Assembly (NCBI GenBank): GCA_963772585.1
Contig: CAVYXV010000009.1
Coordinates: 91,760-155,759, forward strand
DNA: 64,000 nt
From: an uncultured Planctomycetota bacterium
GTDB taxonomy: Bacteria > Planctomycetota > PLA2 > JAEUHO01
Direction: 5' to 3'
The notes beneath the pieces were generated by a model. The model saw nothing but the letters and a program-made list of their open reading frames with translations, searched no databases and had not been told where the DNA came from. Made by a program: the position numbers and the translations under genes. This document shows, one piece after another, positions 19,472 through 28,207 of this stretch (its first letter is position 1; each line of letters opens with the position of its first letter).

Positions 19472-20197
19472 TCACGGATGAGGCGCGCGAGGTTCGCCTT
19501 CGTAGCGGGTCGGATCCGTGACCCCGGCCTCCGAGAAGCCGCGGCGGCGCAGGCGGCACGCGTCGCAGCGACCGCAGTGGAGGCTCTCGCCGCCCCGCTC
19601 CACCGCGTCGTAGCAGGACCAGGTCGCCGCGAAGGGAACGCCCAACGAGAGTCCTCGGCGCACGATGTCCGCCTTGGAGAGACGAAGGAGCGGGGCGAGG
19701 ACCCGGAGGGGCTTCCCCTCGGCGCCGCGGCGCGTGCCGAGCCGGGCCGTCGCCTCGAACGCCTCGAGGAACGCGGGGCGGCAGTCCGGATACCCCGAGT
19801 AGTCCACCGCGGTCGCGCCGATGACGAGCGCCTCGGCGTCCCTCACCTCCGCGGCGCCCAGCGCCAGGGCGAGCAGCACGGTGTTGCGGGCTGGGACGTA
19901 GGTGACCGGGACGTCCGTGCCGATCTGCGCCGCGTCGCGGTCCTTGGGGACGGCGAGGTCGGCCGTCAGCGCGCTGCCGCCGATCGCGGAGAGGTCCACC
20001 GCGAGGCGGGTGAAGGACGCGAGGCCCAGCGCGTTGGCCACCCGGCGGGCGGCCTCCAGCTCGGGACGGTGGCGCTGGCCGTAGTCCACGGAGAGGGCGT
20101 GGACCTCGAAGCCCTCCGACCGGACCCCGGCCGCGGCGACCGCCGAGTCCATCCCCCCGGAGAGGAGCGCTACGGCTCGTCGGGACGCAGCGGCCAC
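19472..20197 (-). CDS. queC: 7-cyano-7-deazaguanine synthase
   Basis: LLSGGMDS, DYGQRH, TYVPARN, DYSGYPDCRP and TWSCY...CGRCDAC motifs. Confidence 0.96.
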   Translation of the reverse strand: MAAASRRAVALLSGGMDSAVAAAGVRSEGFEVHALSVDYGQRHRPELEAARRVANALGLASFTRLAVDLSAIGGSALTADLAVPKDRDAAQIGTDVPVTYVPARNTVLLALALGAAEVRDAEALVIGATAVDYSGYPDCRPAFLEAFEATARLGTRRGAEGKPLRVLAPLLRLSKADIVRRGLSLGVPFAATWSCYDAVERGGESLHCGRCDACRLRRRGFSEAGVTDPTRYEGEPRAPHP

Positions 20198-20643
20198 GTC
20201 TCGTCCTCGTCGAGTTCGTGCTGCGGCGTGCTCTTCATCGCGATCCGCAAGCAGAAGAAGAAGCCTCCCCACAGGAGGAGGGCGGAGAAGATGCCCATGA
20301 GCCACCCCCCCGACGGGACGTGGTCCATCTCGAGCGCCATCGCCACGTCGGCCTGGATGACGTCGTAGGCCTGCTGGGCCTCCTCGGCCTCCGCCTTCTT
20401 CCTGGCGTCCTTCTTCCCCTGCTTCCCGGCGTCGTCGATCGCCGTCTTGGCCACCTGGTAGCGGTGGTAGACCTCCTCCTGGGGCATCTCCTCCCGGACC
20501 GCCTGCTCCAGGTTCGCGACGGCCCTGGGAGCCGAGAGCTTCTTCTCCTCGCCGGCCCGGGCGGAGCGCGCAGGGAGGCTCGCGGCGAAGAGCGCCAGGA
20601 GCCCCGCGGCCAAGATCCTGGGGAGCGGATCACGCCTCGTCAT
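20170..20643 (-). CDS. Exported protein ending in a MetS-like NSS-transporter small-subunit segment
   Basis: Signal peptide (ARA|G); charged helical region; C-terminal WLMGIFSALLLWGGFFFCLRIAMK; overlaps the NSS gene stop. Confidence 0.65.
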   Translation of the reverse strand: MTRRDPLPRILAAGLLALFAASLPARSARAGEEKKLSAPRAVANLEQAVREEMPQEEVYHRYQVAKTAIDDAGKQGKKDARKKAEAEEAQQAYDVIQADVAMALEMDHVPSGGWLMGIFSALLLWGGFFFCLRIAMKSTPQHELDEDETWPLRPDEP

Positions 20644-22150
20644 CGGGTACCCCCTTCCAGCACGCGAGCACGATCGAGACGACGATCAGGAAGAGGGCGG
20701 GGATGGCCCCCGCCCAGTAGATGGGCCCCGTGGCGTAGTCGCCGTATCCGCTCTTTGCGAGATCCATGAGCGACAGGACCAGGATCCAGCCGAGGACGAG
20801 CGGCGTGATGAGCTTCACGGAGAGGGTCCAGAAGAACCCGGCTTGCAGCTCGCTCCGCCCGTTCAGGTCGTCCTGGATCTCCTTGAAGCGCTTCGACCCG
20901 ATCAGCCACCCGAAGACCAGGGCCTGCAAGAGGGCGACGACGGGCAAGCTGAAGTCGCCGAGAAAGTGGTCGTTGATGTCCAGCCAGTAGAGGCCGGCCC
21001 CGAAGCAGTACACGAAGCCCAGGGCGCAGCACATCGCGCAGAGCCCGATCACCAGCCACTTTCGCTTCACGCGGAACTTGTCGTGGAACGCCGTGGCCAC
21101 CGCCTCGATGATCGAGAAGGCCGAGTCGATGCCCAGGGTCAGGAGCATCACGAAGAAGCCGAGACCCAGGAGAGCCTGGAGCCTCCCTCCTCCCGGGAAG
21201 AGCTCGATGGCCGTCGGGTAGCTCGTGAAGGCGAGCCCGAAGCTCGAGGACTCGATGTCGGGGATGGGTTTCCCGAGCGAGAGCGCGATGTAGCCGACCG
21301 TGCTGAAGACGGCGAAGCCCGCGAGGAACGAGAAGCCGCAGTTCGCGAACGACGTGATGAAGGCGTTGTTGACGACATCGCTCTTCTTCGATTGATAGGA
21401 AGCGTAGGCGATCAGGATGCCCCAGCCCACGGAGAGCGAGAAGAAGACCTGCCCGTAGGCCGCGAGCCACGTGTGGCTGTCGAGGAGCTTCTCCCAGTGC
21501 GGGGTGAGATAGTAGGCGAGCCCGTTCACGGCGCCGGGGAGCGTCAGCCCGCGAACGGCGAGCGCGATCAGGAGCACGAGGGGCAGCGGCACCGTGATCA
21601 TGACGATCTTGCCGACGCGGTGGACGCCCTTGGCGATCGACCACCAGACCACGAACCACGTGAGCACCAGCCCCGCGGCGACGGACCCGTTGAAGAGGCC
21701 GGGTGTCCCTGCGTTCTTGCTGAGCTCGAGGACGTTTTCGTGGAAGTACTGCCTCGCGTGGTGCGCCTGCCAGGGGAGATGTCCGGTGAACACCCCCTTC
21801 AGGCAGACCCAGGCGTAGTCCCAGCTCCACGCCAGGATCACGCAGTAGTAGATCGAGATGCCGAGCCCGACCAGCACCGCCCACCAGCCGATCCACTCGT
21901 AGGGCTTGCCGAGGGCGCGGTACGACTTCGGTGCGCCGCCCTGGAAGCGGGAGCCGATCCCGTACTCGACGATCATCAGCGGGATGCCCGCCGTCAGCAG
22001 CGCGATGAAGTAGGGGATGAAGAAGGCCCCGCCGCCGTTGTTGAAGGCCGTGCCCGGAAACCGCCAGACGTTGCCGAGCCCCACGGCGCTTCCCACCGCC
22101 GCCATGATGAAGGCGGGCCGGCTGGCCCATCGCTCGCGCGCCTCTGCCAT
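20630..22150 (-). CDS. Sodium-dependent NSS/SNF family transporter
   Basis: RERWASR..FIMAAVGSAVGLGNVWRFP, GQVFFSLSVG and TLGIDSAF motifs. Confidence 0.95.
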   Translation of the reverse strand: MAEARERWASRPAFIMAAVGSAVGLGNVWRFPGTAFNNGGGAFFIPYFIALLTAGIPLMIVEYGIGSRFQGGAPKSYRALGKPYEWIGWWAVLVGLGISIYYCVILAWSWDYAWVCLKGVFTGHLPWQAHHARQYFHENVLELSKNAGTPGLFNGSVAAGLVLTWFVVWWSIAKGVHRVGKIVMITVPLPLVLLIALAVRGLTLPGAVNGLAYYLTPHWEKLLDSHTWLAAYGQVFFSLSVGWGILIAYASYQSKKSDVVNNAFITSFANCGFSFLAGFAVFSTVGYIALSLGKPIPDIESSSFGLAFTSYPTAIELFPGGGRLQALLGLGFFVMLLTLGIDSAFSIIEAVATAFHDKFRVKRKWLVIGLCAMCCALGFVYCFGAGLYWLDINDHFLGDFSLPVVALLQALVFGWLIGSKRFKEIQDDLNGRSELQAGFFWTLSVKLITPLVLGWILVLSLMDLAKSGYGDYATGPIYWAGAIPALFLIVVSIVLACWKGVPDDEA

Positions 22151-22201
22151 GCGTTCCTCCCGGATGGGCGGCCGAGTCTACCGGACAGGGCCCCCTCCGC
22201 G

Positions 22202-23479
22202 TCACCCGCCGACGAGGACGGCGAGGTAGCCGAGCGCGAAGAGGAGGGAGAACAGGATCCCCGCCCAGGACCACGCCACGAGCACGCGGCCGGGCCGGGC
22301 CTCGGGCGGGACCTCGTCGCCCAGGATGGCGCGGTGGTTCAGCCAGGCCAGCGCGGGGGCGGTGAGGAACGAGAGCGTGGTCGCCACGTCCACGAGGCCC
22401 TGGAGCGAGGCGAGGAAGAGGCCGGCGATCGCGACGGCGCCCAGGCCGAGAACCGCCATGGCGCCCCAGTAGAACCGGGGGTCGATCGCCGCCTCGCCCC
22501 CGGGGTCCTCGGGCTCGCGGAGGCGGGCCACGAGGGTGGCGATCGCCCGCGGGAAGCCGTCCACCACCGTCAGCGTGGTCGAGAACATCACCGTGAAGGC
22601 CGAGACGGCGATCAGCGGCCGGCTCCAGGCGCCGAGATTGCGGGTGTAGAGCTCGATCACCTGGGCGGCGAAGCCCGCGGCCTTCGTCGAGAAGGTCTCG
22701 CCGCGGCCGTACATGACGCCGGCCCCCAGCACGAGGAAGCAGAGCGCGAGGAGCGCGGTGCCGAGGTAGCCCACGTTGAAGTCGAGAAGCGATTCCCGGA
22801 CGGTCGGGGCGTGTCGGCTGTCCCGCCGGCGGGCCAGCGTCCAAAGCGAGTGCCAGATCGAGATGTCGAAGGCGGAGGGCATCCAGCCGACCAGCGCCAC
22901 GACGAACGCCAGCTCCGCCGTCCGGGGCCAGATGCCGATGCTCGAGAAGTCCACGAGCGGGAGGGCGCGGACCGCGGCGGCGAGCGTGGAGACGGTGAGG
23001 ACCGCCACGACGATCTTCACGATCCGGTCGAGCCAGCGGTAGCGCCCGACCGCCAGCAGGGCCGTGCAGACGAGCGTCAGCGCCGCGGTGAGCACGACGA
23101 CGTTCGAGGTGAAGGGGAGGATCGGCTCCTTCCAGCTCAGCAGCACCACCCCGAGCGCCGCCGTGACGATGGTCACGCCGGCCTGGACGGTGAACATCGT
23201 CCCCGCCGTCAGGACGGCGTAGAGGAGGAGAGCGAAGCGGCCGCGGCGGCGATAGCCCTCCAGCAGGCTCGTCCCCGTGGCCGCGGCGTAGCGGGGGCCG
23301 AAGCTGAACGCCGGGTACTTGAAGACGTTGGCCAGGACGACGACGCCGAGGAGGCCCAGCCCGAAGCGCGCGCCGGCCCGGGTGGACTGGACGAGGTGGG
23401 AGACCCCGATCGCGGCGCCCGCCCACAGGAGTCCCGGGCCGAAGGCCTTCCAGAAACCGCCCCGCCGCTCGCCGCCCAT
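22202..23479 (-). CDS. NRAMP-related divalent cation transporter
   Basis: GPGLLWAGAAIGVSHLVQSTRAGA, GWMPS and MFSTTLTVVDGFPR motifs; many TM segments. Confidence 0.85.
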   Translation of the reverse strand: MGGERRGGFWKAFGPGLLWAGAAIGVSHLVQSTRAGARFGLGLLGVVVLANVFKYPAFSFGPRYAAATGTSLLEGYRRRGRFALLLYAVLTAGTMFTVQAGVTIVTAALGVVLLSWKEPILPFTSNVVVLTAALTLVCTALLAVGRYRWLDRIVKIVVAVLTVSTLAAAVRALPLVDFSSIGIWPRTAELAFVVALVGWMPSAFDISIWHSLWTLARRRDSRHAPTVRESLLDFNVGYLGTALLALCFLVLGAGVMYGRGETFSTKAAGFAAQVIELYTRNLGAWSRPLIAVSAFTVMFSTTLTVVDGFPRAIATLVARLREPEDPGGEAAIDPRFYWGAMAVLGLGAVAIAGLFLASLQGLVDVATTLSFLTAPALAWLNHRAILGDEVPPEARPGRVLVAWSWAGILFSLLFALGYLAVLVGG

Positions 23480-23584
23480 GCGGCCCGATTCTGGCGCCGG
23501 GGTCCGACGGCCTGGCGGGGAGCCCGGCAATTGCGGCCTGCTGGCGGCCGTGCGAGGATCGTAGCCTTCCCCCGAGGTACCCCG

Positions 23585-24868
23585 ATGAAGCGCTCCCTGC
23601 CCCTACTCGCCCTCGTGCTCGTCCTTCCCGCGCTCCTGCCCGCGGCGCTCGCTCCGTCGGCCCGGGCCGCGGACGACCCGGCGGACAACCGCAATTTCGT
23701 GCAGAAGGCCTTGGCGCACGTGCGGCTCGGCGAGGGCATCCACGCGAACCAGGTGACCATCTTCCCGCTCGTCTCGGACGAGGCGCCCCCGGATCTCGCG
23801 GTCGTCCCGAACACGAAAACCGACAAGCTGCGCATCGCGGAACCGGAGTTCTCCCGCCATCGCTACTCGTTGGAGGTGATGAACGGGGAGGCCGACCCCG
23901 TGCTGCTCCTCGGGGGGACCGTCTTCGAGGGTGGGGAGCGGGATCGTCTCATCCCGCGCGACTACCTGCTGCCCCCGGGGCAGACCCTCGAGATCGAGAC
24001 CATGCCGGCGGCCAGTTCCTCCGACCGCCGCAAGGAGCCGACCCCCTTCGAGACGTCGAACGTGCTCGCGCCCCCGTTCCTCCAGGAGGAGGCCCTGTTC
24101 GGCGCCTCGGCGCGGCTCGTCCCCGTGTTCGTCTCGGACTACCTGGAGTTCCGCAACGAGGGAGACGAGCGCAAGTCGCTCGTGGCGCTGAACGAGTCGA
24201 GCCTGCTCACACAGTACTGCCTCGTCTGCCAGCGCACGCTCGCCGCCTTCCCCCAGGCGAAGGAGCCGCGCCAGTTCGTCGTGGGCGGCGTCTCCGCCGT
24301 GCGGGGCCGCATCCAGTCGCTCGTCCTCTTCGGACAGAACCGGCTGCTGCGGGCGTGGTTCGAGCCGATGCTGAAGGGGCACTCCTTCGCCGCCGCCGCC
24401 ATCGAGATCCAGGCGGAGCGCAAGGGCGTGCCGATCCCCGGGAAGGACGACCCGGAGAAGACGCTGGAGACGGTCCAGGAGCAGGCGAAGGAGTTGTTGG
24501 AGAACCTCCTCCTCGCGCGCTACGACGAGGATCCGGTCTCGGCCGGCGAACTCGGGCAGGCGCTGATCATCCGCACGCGTGGCCGCGCGCGCGGCCGCGC
24601 CATCGCGTTGGACGGCCACCTGGTGCACCTGGTCGTCTTCCCGCACGACCCCTTCGAGCGCGCTCTCTTCAAGAGCCGGCTGGACGTGCCGGACCCGGAC
24701 CTCCTCTCCGACCCGGAGCGGGCGGGGACCACGGAGCTCGAGCGACGCGCCGCGGCCGGCCGCCCGCTGACCGAGGCTGAGAAGCGCCTGCTGGAGCGCC
24801 TCCGGGGCCGCAACAACGGCAACCTGCCCCGCGGCGGGGGCGGCGCCTCGCCGATCCCCGGGCGCTGA
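23585..24868 (+). CDS. Secreted DUF6569/ARPP-1-like domain protein
   Basis: Signal peptide; VTIFPL...LEVMN...PVLLLGG.VFEGGERDRLI..D.LLPPG pattern. Confidence 0.65.
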   Translation: MKRSLPLLALVLVLPALLPAALAPSARAADDPADNRNFVQKALAHVRLGEGIHANQVTIFPLVSDEAPPDLAVVPNTKTDKLRIAEPEFSRHRYSLEVMNGEADPVLLLGGTVFEGGERDRLIPRDYLLPPGQTLEIETMPAASSSDRRKEPTPFETSNVLAPPFLQEEALFGASARLVPVFVSDYLEFRNEGDERKSLVALNESSLLTQYCLVCQRTLAAFPQAKEPRQFVVGGVSAVRGRIQSLVLFGQNRLLRAWFEPMLKGHSFAAAAIEIQAERKGVPIPGKDDPEKTLETVQEQAKELLENLLLARYDEDPVSAGELGQALIIRTRGRARGRAIALDGHLVHLVVFPHDPFERALFKSRLDVPDPDLLSDPERAGTTELERRAAAGRPLTEAEKRLLERLRGRNNGNLPRGGGGASPIPGR

Positions 24869-24897
24869 CCTCGCGTCGCCCAGGGGGAACTCCCGCC

Positions 24898-25560
24898 GTG
24901 GCCGAGGTCCGCTGGGACACGGAGAACCCGCTCCTCCTCGTGGGCTGGGTGGAGGCCGCGGGCCTCGCGTGCGGCCCGGCCGGGGAGGCGCTCGAGGCCC
25001 GGGTCGAGGCGGGCGTGGCCCGGCGGCTCGCCGCGCCCGTCCCCGAAGCGCTTCGCCACGCCGTCCGCGACGCGCTGCGCTGGGGGGGGTACAAGCCGGC
25101 CGGGCGCGGGAAGCCCGCGTCGGAGTACCTCGTGAAGGCGGCGGCGACGGGCTTCCCGCGGATCAATGCCGTGGTGGACGCGGCGAACCTCCTCTCCCTC
25201 GACACGGGGCTCCCGATCTCGCTGCTCGACCTGGACCGGGCGACGGAGGGCGGCACCGCCCTGGCTCTGCGGGAGGGACGGGAGGGCGAGGCCTACGTGT
25301 TCAATCCCGCAGGCCAGGTGATGGACGTTGCGGGGTTGATCGGCGTCGCGCGCGTGGACGGGCCGCTCCTCGCGAACCCCGTGAAGGACTCCATGGCCAC
25401 CAAGACCGGCCCGGAGACGACGCGGGTCGCCGCCTCCCTCTACGCGCCCCGGTCGCTCGTCGATCCCGACGCGCTCCGGGCTCACGCGGAGCGGCTCGTG
25501 GCCTGGTTCCGGGAGCACGCCGGCGCGACGGATGCGTCCGTCCGCGTCCTACCCGGGTGA
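24898..25560 (+). CDS. B3/B4 (PheT-like tRNA editing) domain protein
   Basis: GGYKPAGRGKPASEYL and PRINAVVDAANLLSL..GLPISLLDLD motifs. Confidence 0.88.
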   Translation: MAEVRWDTENPLLLVGWVEAAGLACGPAGEALEARVEAGVARRLAAPVPEALRHAVRDALRWGGYKPAGRGKPASEYLVKAAATGFPRINAVVDAANLLSLDTGLPISLLDLDRATEGGTALALREGREGEAYVFNPAGQVMDVAGLIGVARVDGPLLANPVKDSMATKTGPETTRVAASLYAPRSLVDPDALRAHAERLVAWFREHAGATDASVRVLPG

Positions 25561-25579
25561 CGGCGCCCGCCGGCCCGGG

Positions 25580-26143
25580 AGCACGCGCGGCAGCGCCCCA
25601 GCCCACGAGCAAGGCCGCGGGGAAGGCGACGGTGAGTTCGTAGGAGATCCACGGCCACCACGACGGCGCGGGCATCGGGCGCGAGGAGGGGGCGGAGGCG
25701 GCGTGAAGGCGAGTGGAAGAGGGGAGCGTCGTTGCCGGACAGGCCCTCAGGGACGACGGCGGTCGGCGGCGCCCGCGATCCTCGAAACGAGCGTCGAGGT
25801 CCCCGTCGCGTGCCGGGAAGACCGAGGCGAAGCGGTCGCCGATCGTGACGTCCCCGGAGGCATCCGTCCCGCGGCGGAGGCGCCGAGCCCGTCCGACGAC
25901 CATGGACCGTTTGGCGACGACGTGGCCCGGGATGAACCAGACGGCCGCGACGCCGTACGTCCACGCCGGCACGGCCACGCCCAGGAGCAGCCACGCTCGG
26001 CGGCCGCTCGCCACCGCCGAGAGCGCCACGACCCCGGAAGGGAGCGAGCGACCCGCGAGGAAGAACGCCGTCTCGTTCCTCCCCGCGGTCCGCGACGCCA
26101 GGACGGCGAGGTCGGTCCCGAACCCGATCCAGACCCCGGTCAT
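25580..26143 (-). pseudogene. Internally deleted sodium:solute (PutP-like) symporter remnant
   Basis: FFLAGRSLP..VVALSAVASGR.AWLLLG and ARRLRR.T...GDVTI match the N-terminus; YELTVAF resembles the C-terminus; the central TM helices are missing. Confidence 0.7.
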
Positions 26144-26322
26144 CGCCCCTCCCGGGGCGGGCGAGCCAGACCGCGAGGGCGAGGATGGCCGCCGGGAGGA
26201 TCCACAGGACGAGGACCGCGCCGGCGTGTCCCAGGGGCCCATCTTGGCGGAAGGCCCGCTTTCGTCGAAGGCGTTCCCTTTCGAGCGGGGCAAAGTCCTT
26301 GGCGCTTCCCGGGGGCGTGGGT

Positions 26323-26766
26323 ATGAACGGGGGCTTGCGCGCCGCGTCCGCCCTCGTCCTGTTCGCCGTGCTCCTCGCCCAGGTGCCGTGGTTCACGTGC
26401 GACTGCGGGAGCGACTGCGCGCCCGTGGCGGCCATCCAGGCGCCCACGTCTGCCGCCGCCGCGGCCGGCGCGCGGGCCTGCTCGGCGTGTTCGTGCCACC
26501 GCGCGGCGGATGCCGCGACGCCCGGACCGGCCGACGCGCCCGGCGAGCGCCCCACGCCGCTGCGTGGACGGCACGGGATCGAGACGGCCCGCCTGTGGTC
26601 GGGCGCCTCGACCGCGGCGCCCTCCGGTGCGCACGCTGCGCCCTCCGCCGTGGCGCGCCCCGTGGACGCCCGAGCGATGCGCGCCTGCGTCGCCGCATGG
26701 CATGAGGCGCCGCCCGTCGCGAGCGGCCCGCCCGCCGCCCTGACGGCCGTCCGCCTGCTCCTCTAG
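26323..26766 (+). CDS. Cys/His-rich exported leader protein (DUF2946-like) upstream of the metal efflux operon
   Basis: N-terminal TM; CDC...C and CSACSCH motifs; C-terminal ASGPP..LTAVRLLL. Confidence 0.6.
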   Translation: MNGGLRAASALVLFAVLLAQVPWFTCDCGSDCAPVAAIQAPTSAAAAAGARACSACSCHRAADAATPGPADAPGERPTPLRGRHGIETARLWSGASTAAPSGAHAAPSAVARPVDARAMRACVAAWHEAPPVASGPPAALTAVRLLL

Positions 26767-26821
26767 GCCGCACGACACCGCGTTCGTCGTCCCGTCGTGT
26801 CCGTGCCCGAGGAGCACCGTC

Positions 26822-28207
26822 ATGTCCCGTGTCCCGCCCGCGTCGTACGCGCCCTTGGGCGCGGTGCTGGCGCTCGTCCCCCTGCTGGCAGCCTGCCGAG
26901 GCCCCCGCGTCCCTTCCCGCCCGCTCGTCCCCGAAGCCGTCCTCGCCGAGGTAAAGCGCTTGCGGGAGGCGCCGCGCGAGAACGGGGTGTCGCTGCTGTC
27001 GCTGGAGGAGGCCGCGGCGCGGCTTCGCACCCGGGACCCCTCGGTGCGGGACGCCCGCGCGCGCTGGCGCACGGAACAGGCCCTCGCCGACGTGCCGACG
27101 CCGCTTGCAAACCCGGCGATCGGCGCGGGTCCGCTCCTCCTGGGCGGCCCGGCCCTCACGCGCATCGCCGACGTCGGCTTCGAGCTCGGCCTCGGGTGGG
27201 CGATCCAACTCACCCCCAAGCGCGCGCTCCAAGACGACCTCAACGCGGTCACGGCAGCGGCCGCCTTCACCAACGCCGTCGCCGTCGAACGCGAGGCCTA
27301 CCTGGCGCTGAGGCGCGAGCAGGTGCGGGCGGTCTTCGCCGCAAAGCTCCGCGACGCTCACCTCGGGCTCGAGGACACGGCCCGCGAGACCGCGCGGCTC
27401 ATGGAGCGGGCCGTCCAGGCGGGCGAGACCTCCGAGATCGATGCGAGCCTCCTGCGCCTGGAGGCCGACGAGTTCGAGACGGAGGGCATCGTCCTCGAGC
27501 GCGATCGGGACGACGTGCTGGACCGCTGGCGCGCGCGCCTCGCCCTGGGCACGGATGCGCGCCCCGACCCCTCGGAAGTGCCCGCGCTGCCGGAAGCGGT
27601 TCCCCCCGAAGACGACCTCGGCCGGCTCGTCGTTCGCGACCATCCGGAGCTGTCGCGCCTTCGCGCCGAGTACGTGGTGGCCGAGAAGGCGCTGCGCCTC
27701 GAAGCCGCGCGCGCCGTGCCGGACCTCGCCTTCGAGCCCGCCGTCGAGGACGAGGTCGAGGTCCAGAAGCTCGGCCTGCCCTTGGGCATCGAGATCCCGC
27801 TCTTCGACCGCAACCAGGGGCCCATCGCCCGAGCCTGCGCGCACCGCGACGAGGTACGCGAGCGCTACGCGGCCGCGCTCGACCGAGCGTTGTCCGAGGT
27901 GGCGCGTGCGCGGCGGCGGATCCTCCACCAGCGACGCATCCTCGCCCGGTACGACCACCAGCACGAGATGGGCATGACCATGGCGGACCAGGCCGAGCGC
28001 GCGCTCGAAGCCGCCGGCGGCGTGGATCTCGCGCGCTACCTCGAGATCCTGCGCACCGGGCGACGTGTCGAGGTCGATCGCCTCCTTGCGCGCGCGGACC
28101 TCTACGACGCGTGGCTCGACCTCGAAGGCGCCTGCGGGGCGCCGTTGCTGCGGTTCCGACCCCTTGCCCCTCCCTCGAATGACGACCTCGCGGAGACCTC
28201 GCGATGA
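26822..28207 (+). CDS. TolC/CzcC family outer membrane efflux protein
   Basis: Lipobox LAAC; GIEIPLFDRNQGPIARA; first gene of the RND operon. Confidence 0.88.
   Translation: MSRVPPASYAPLGAVLALVPLLAACRGPRVPSRPLVPEAVLAEVKRLREAPRENGVSLLSLEEAAARLRTRDPSVRDARARWRTEQALADVPTPLANPAIGAGPLLLGGPALTRIADVGFELGLGWAIQLTPKRALQDDLNAVTAAAAFTNAVAVEREAYLALRREQVRAVFAAKLRDAHLGLEDTARETARLMERAVQAGETSEIDASLLRLEADEFETEGIVLERDRDDVLDRWRARLALGTDARPDPSEVPALPEAVPPEDDLGRLVVRDHPELSRLRAEYVVAEKALRLEAARAVPDLAFEPAVEDEVEVQKLGLPLGIEIPLFDRNQGPIARACAHRDEVRERYAAALDRALSEVARARRRILHQRRILARYDHQHEMGMTMADQAERALEAAGGVDLARYLEILRTGRRVEVDRLLARADLYDAWLDLEGACGAPLLRFRPLAPPSNDDLAETSR

Noticed and set aside
19472-20197. queC as part of a Qat, type IV CBASS or Dpd defence system
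   Set aside because: Canonical length and motifs; no TGT-like, cyclase, TatD or Dpd genes nearby
20843-23584. Apparent 1341-aa ORF
   Set aside because: The first ~914 codons are antisense to the NSS and NRAMP genes; the real gene starts at 23585 with a signal peptide
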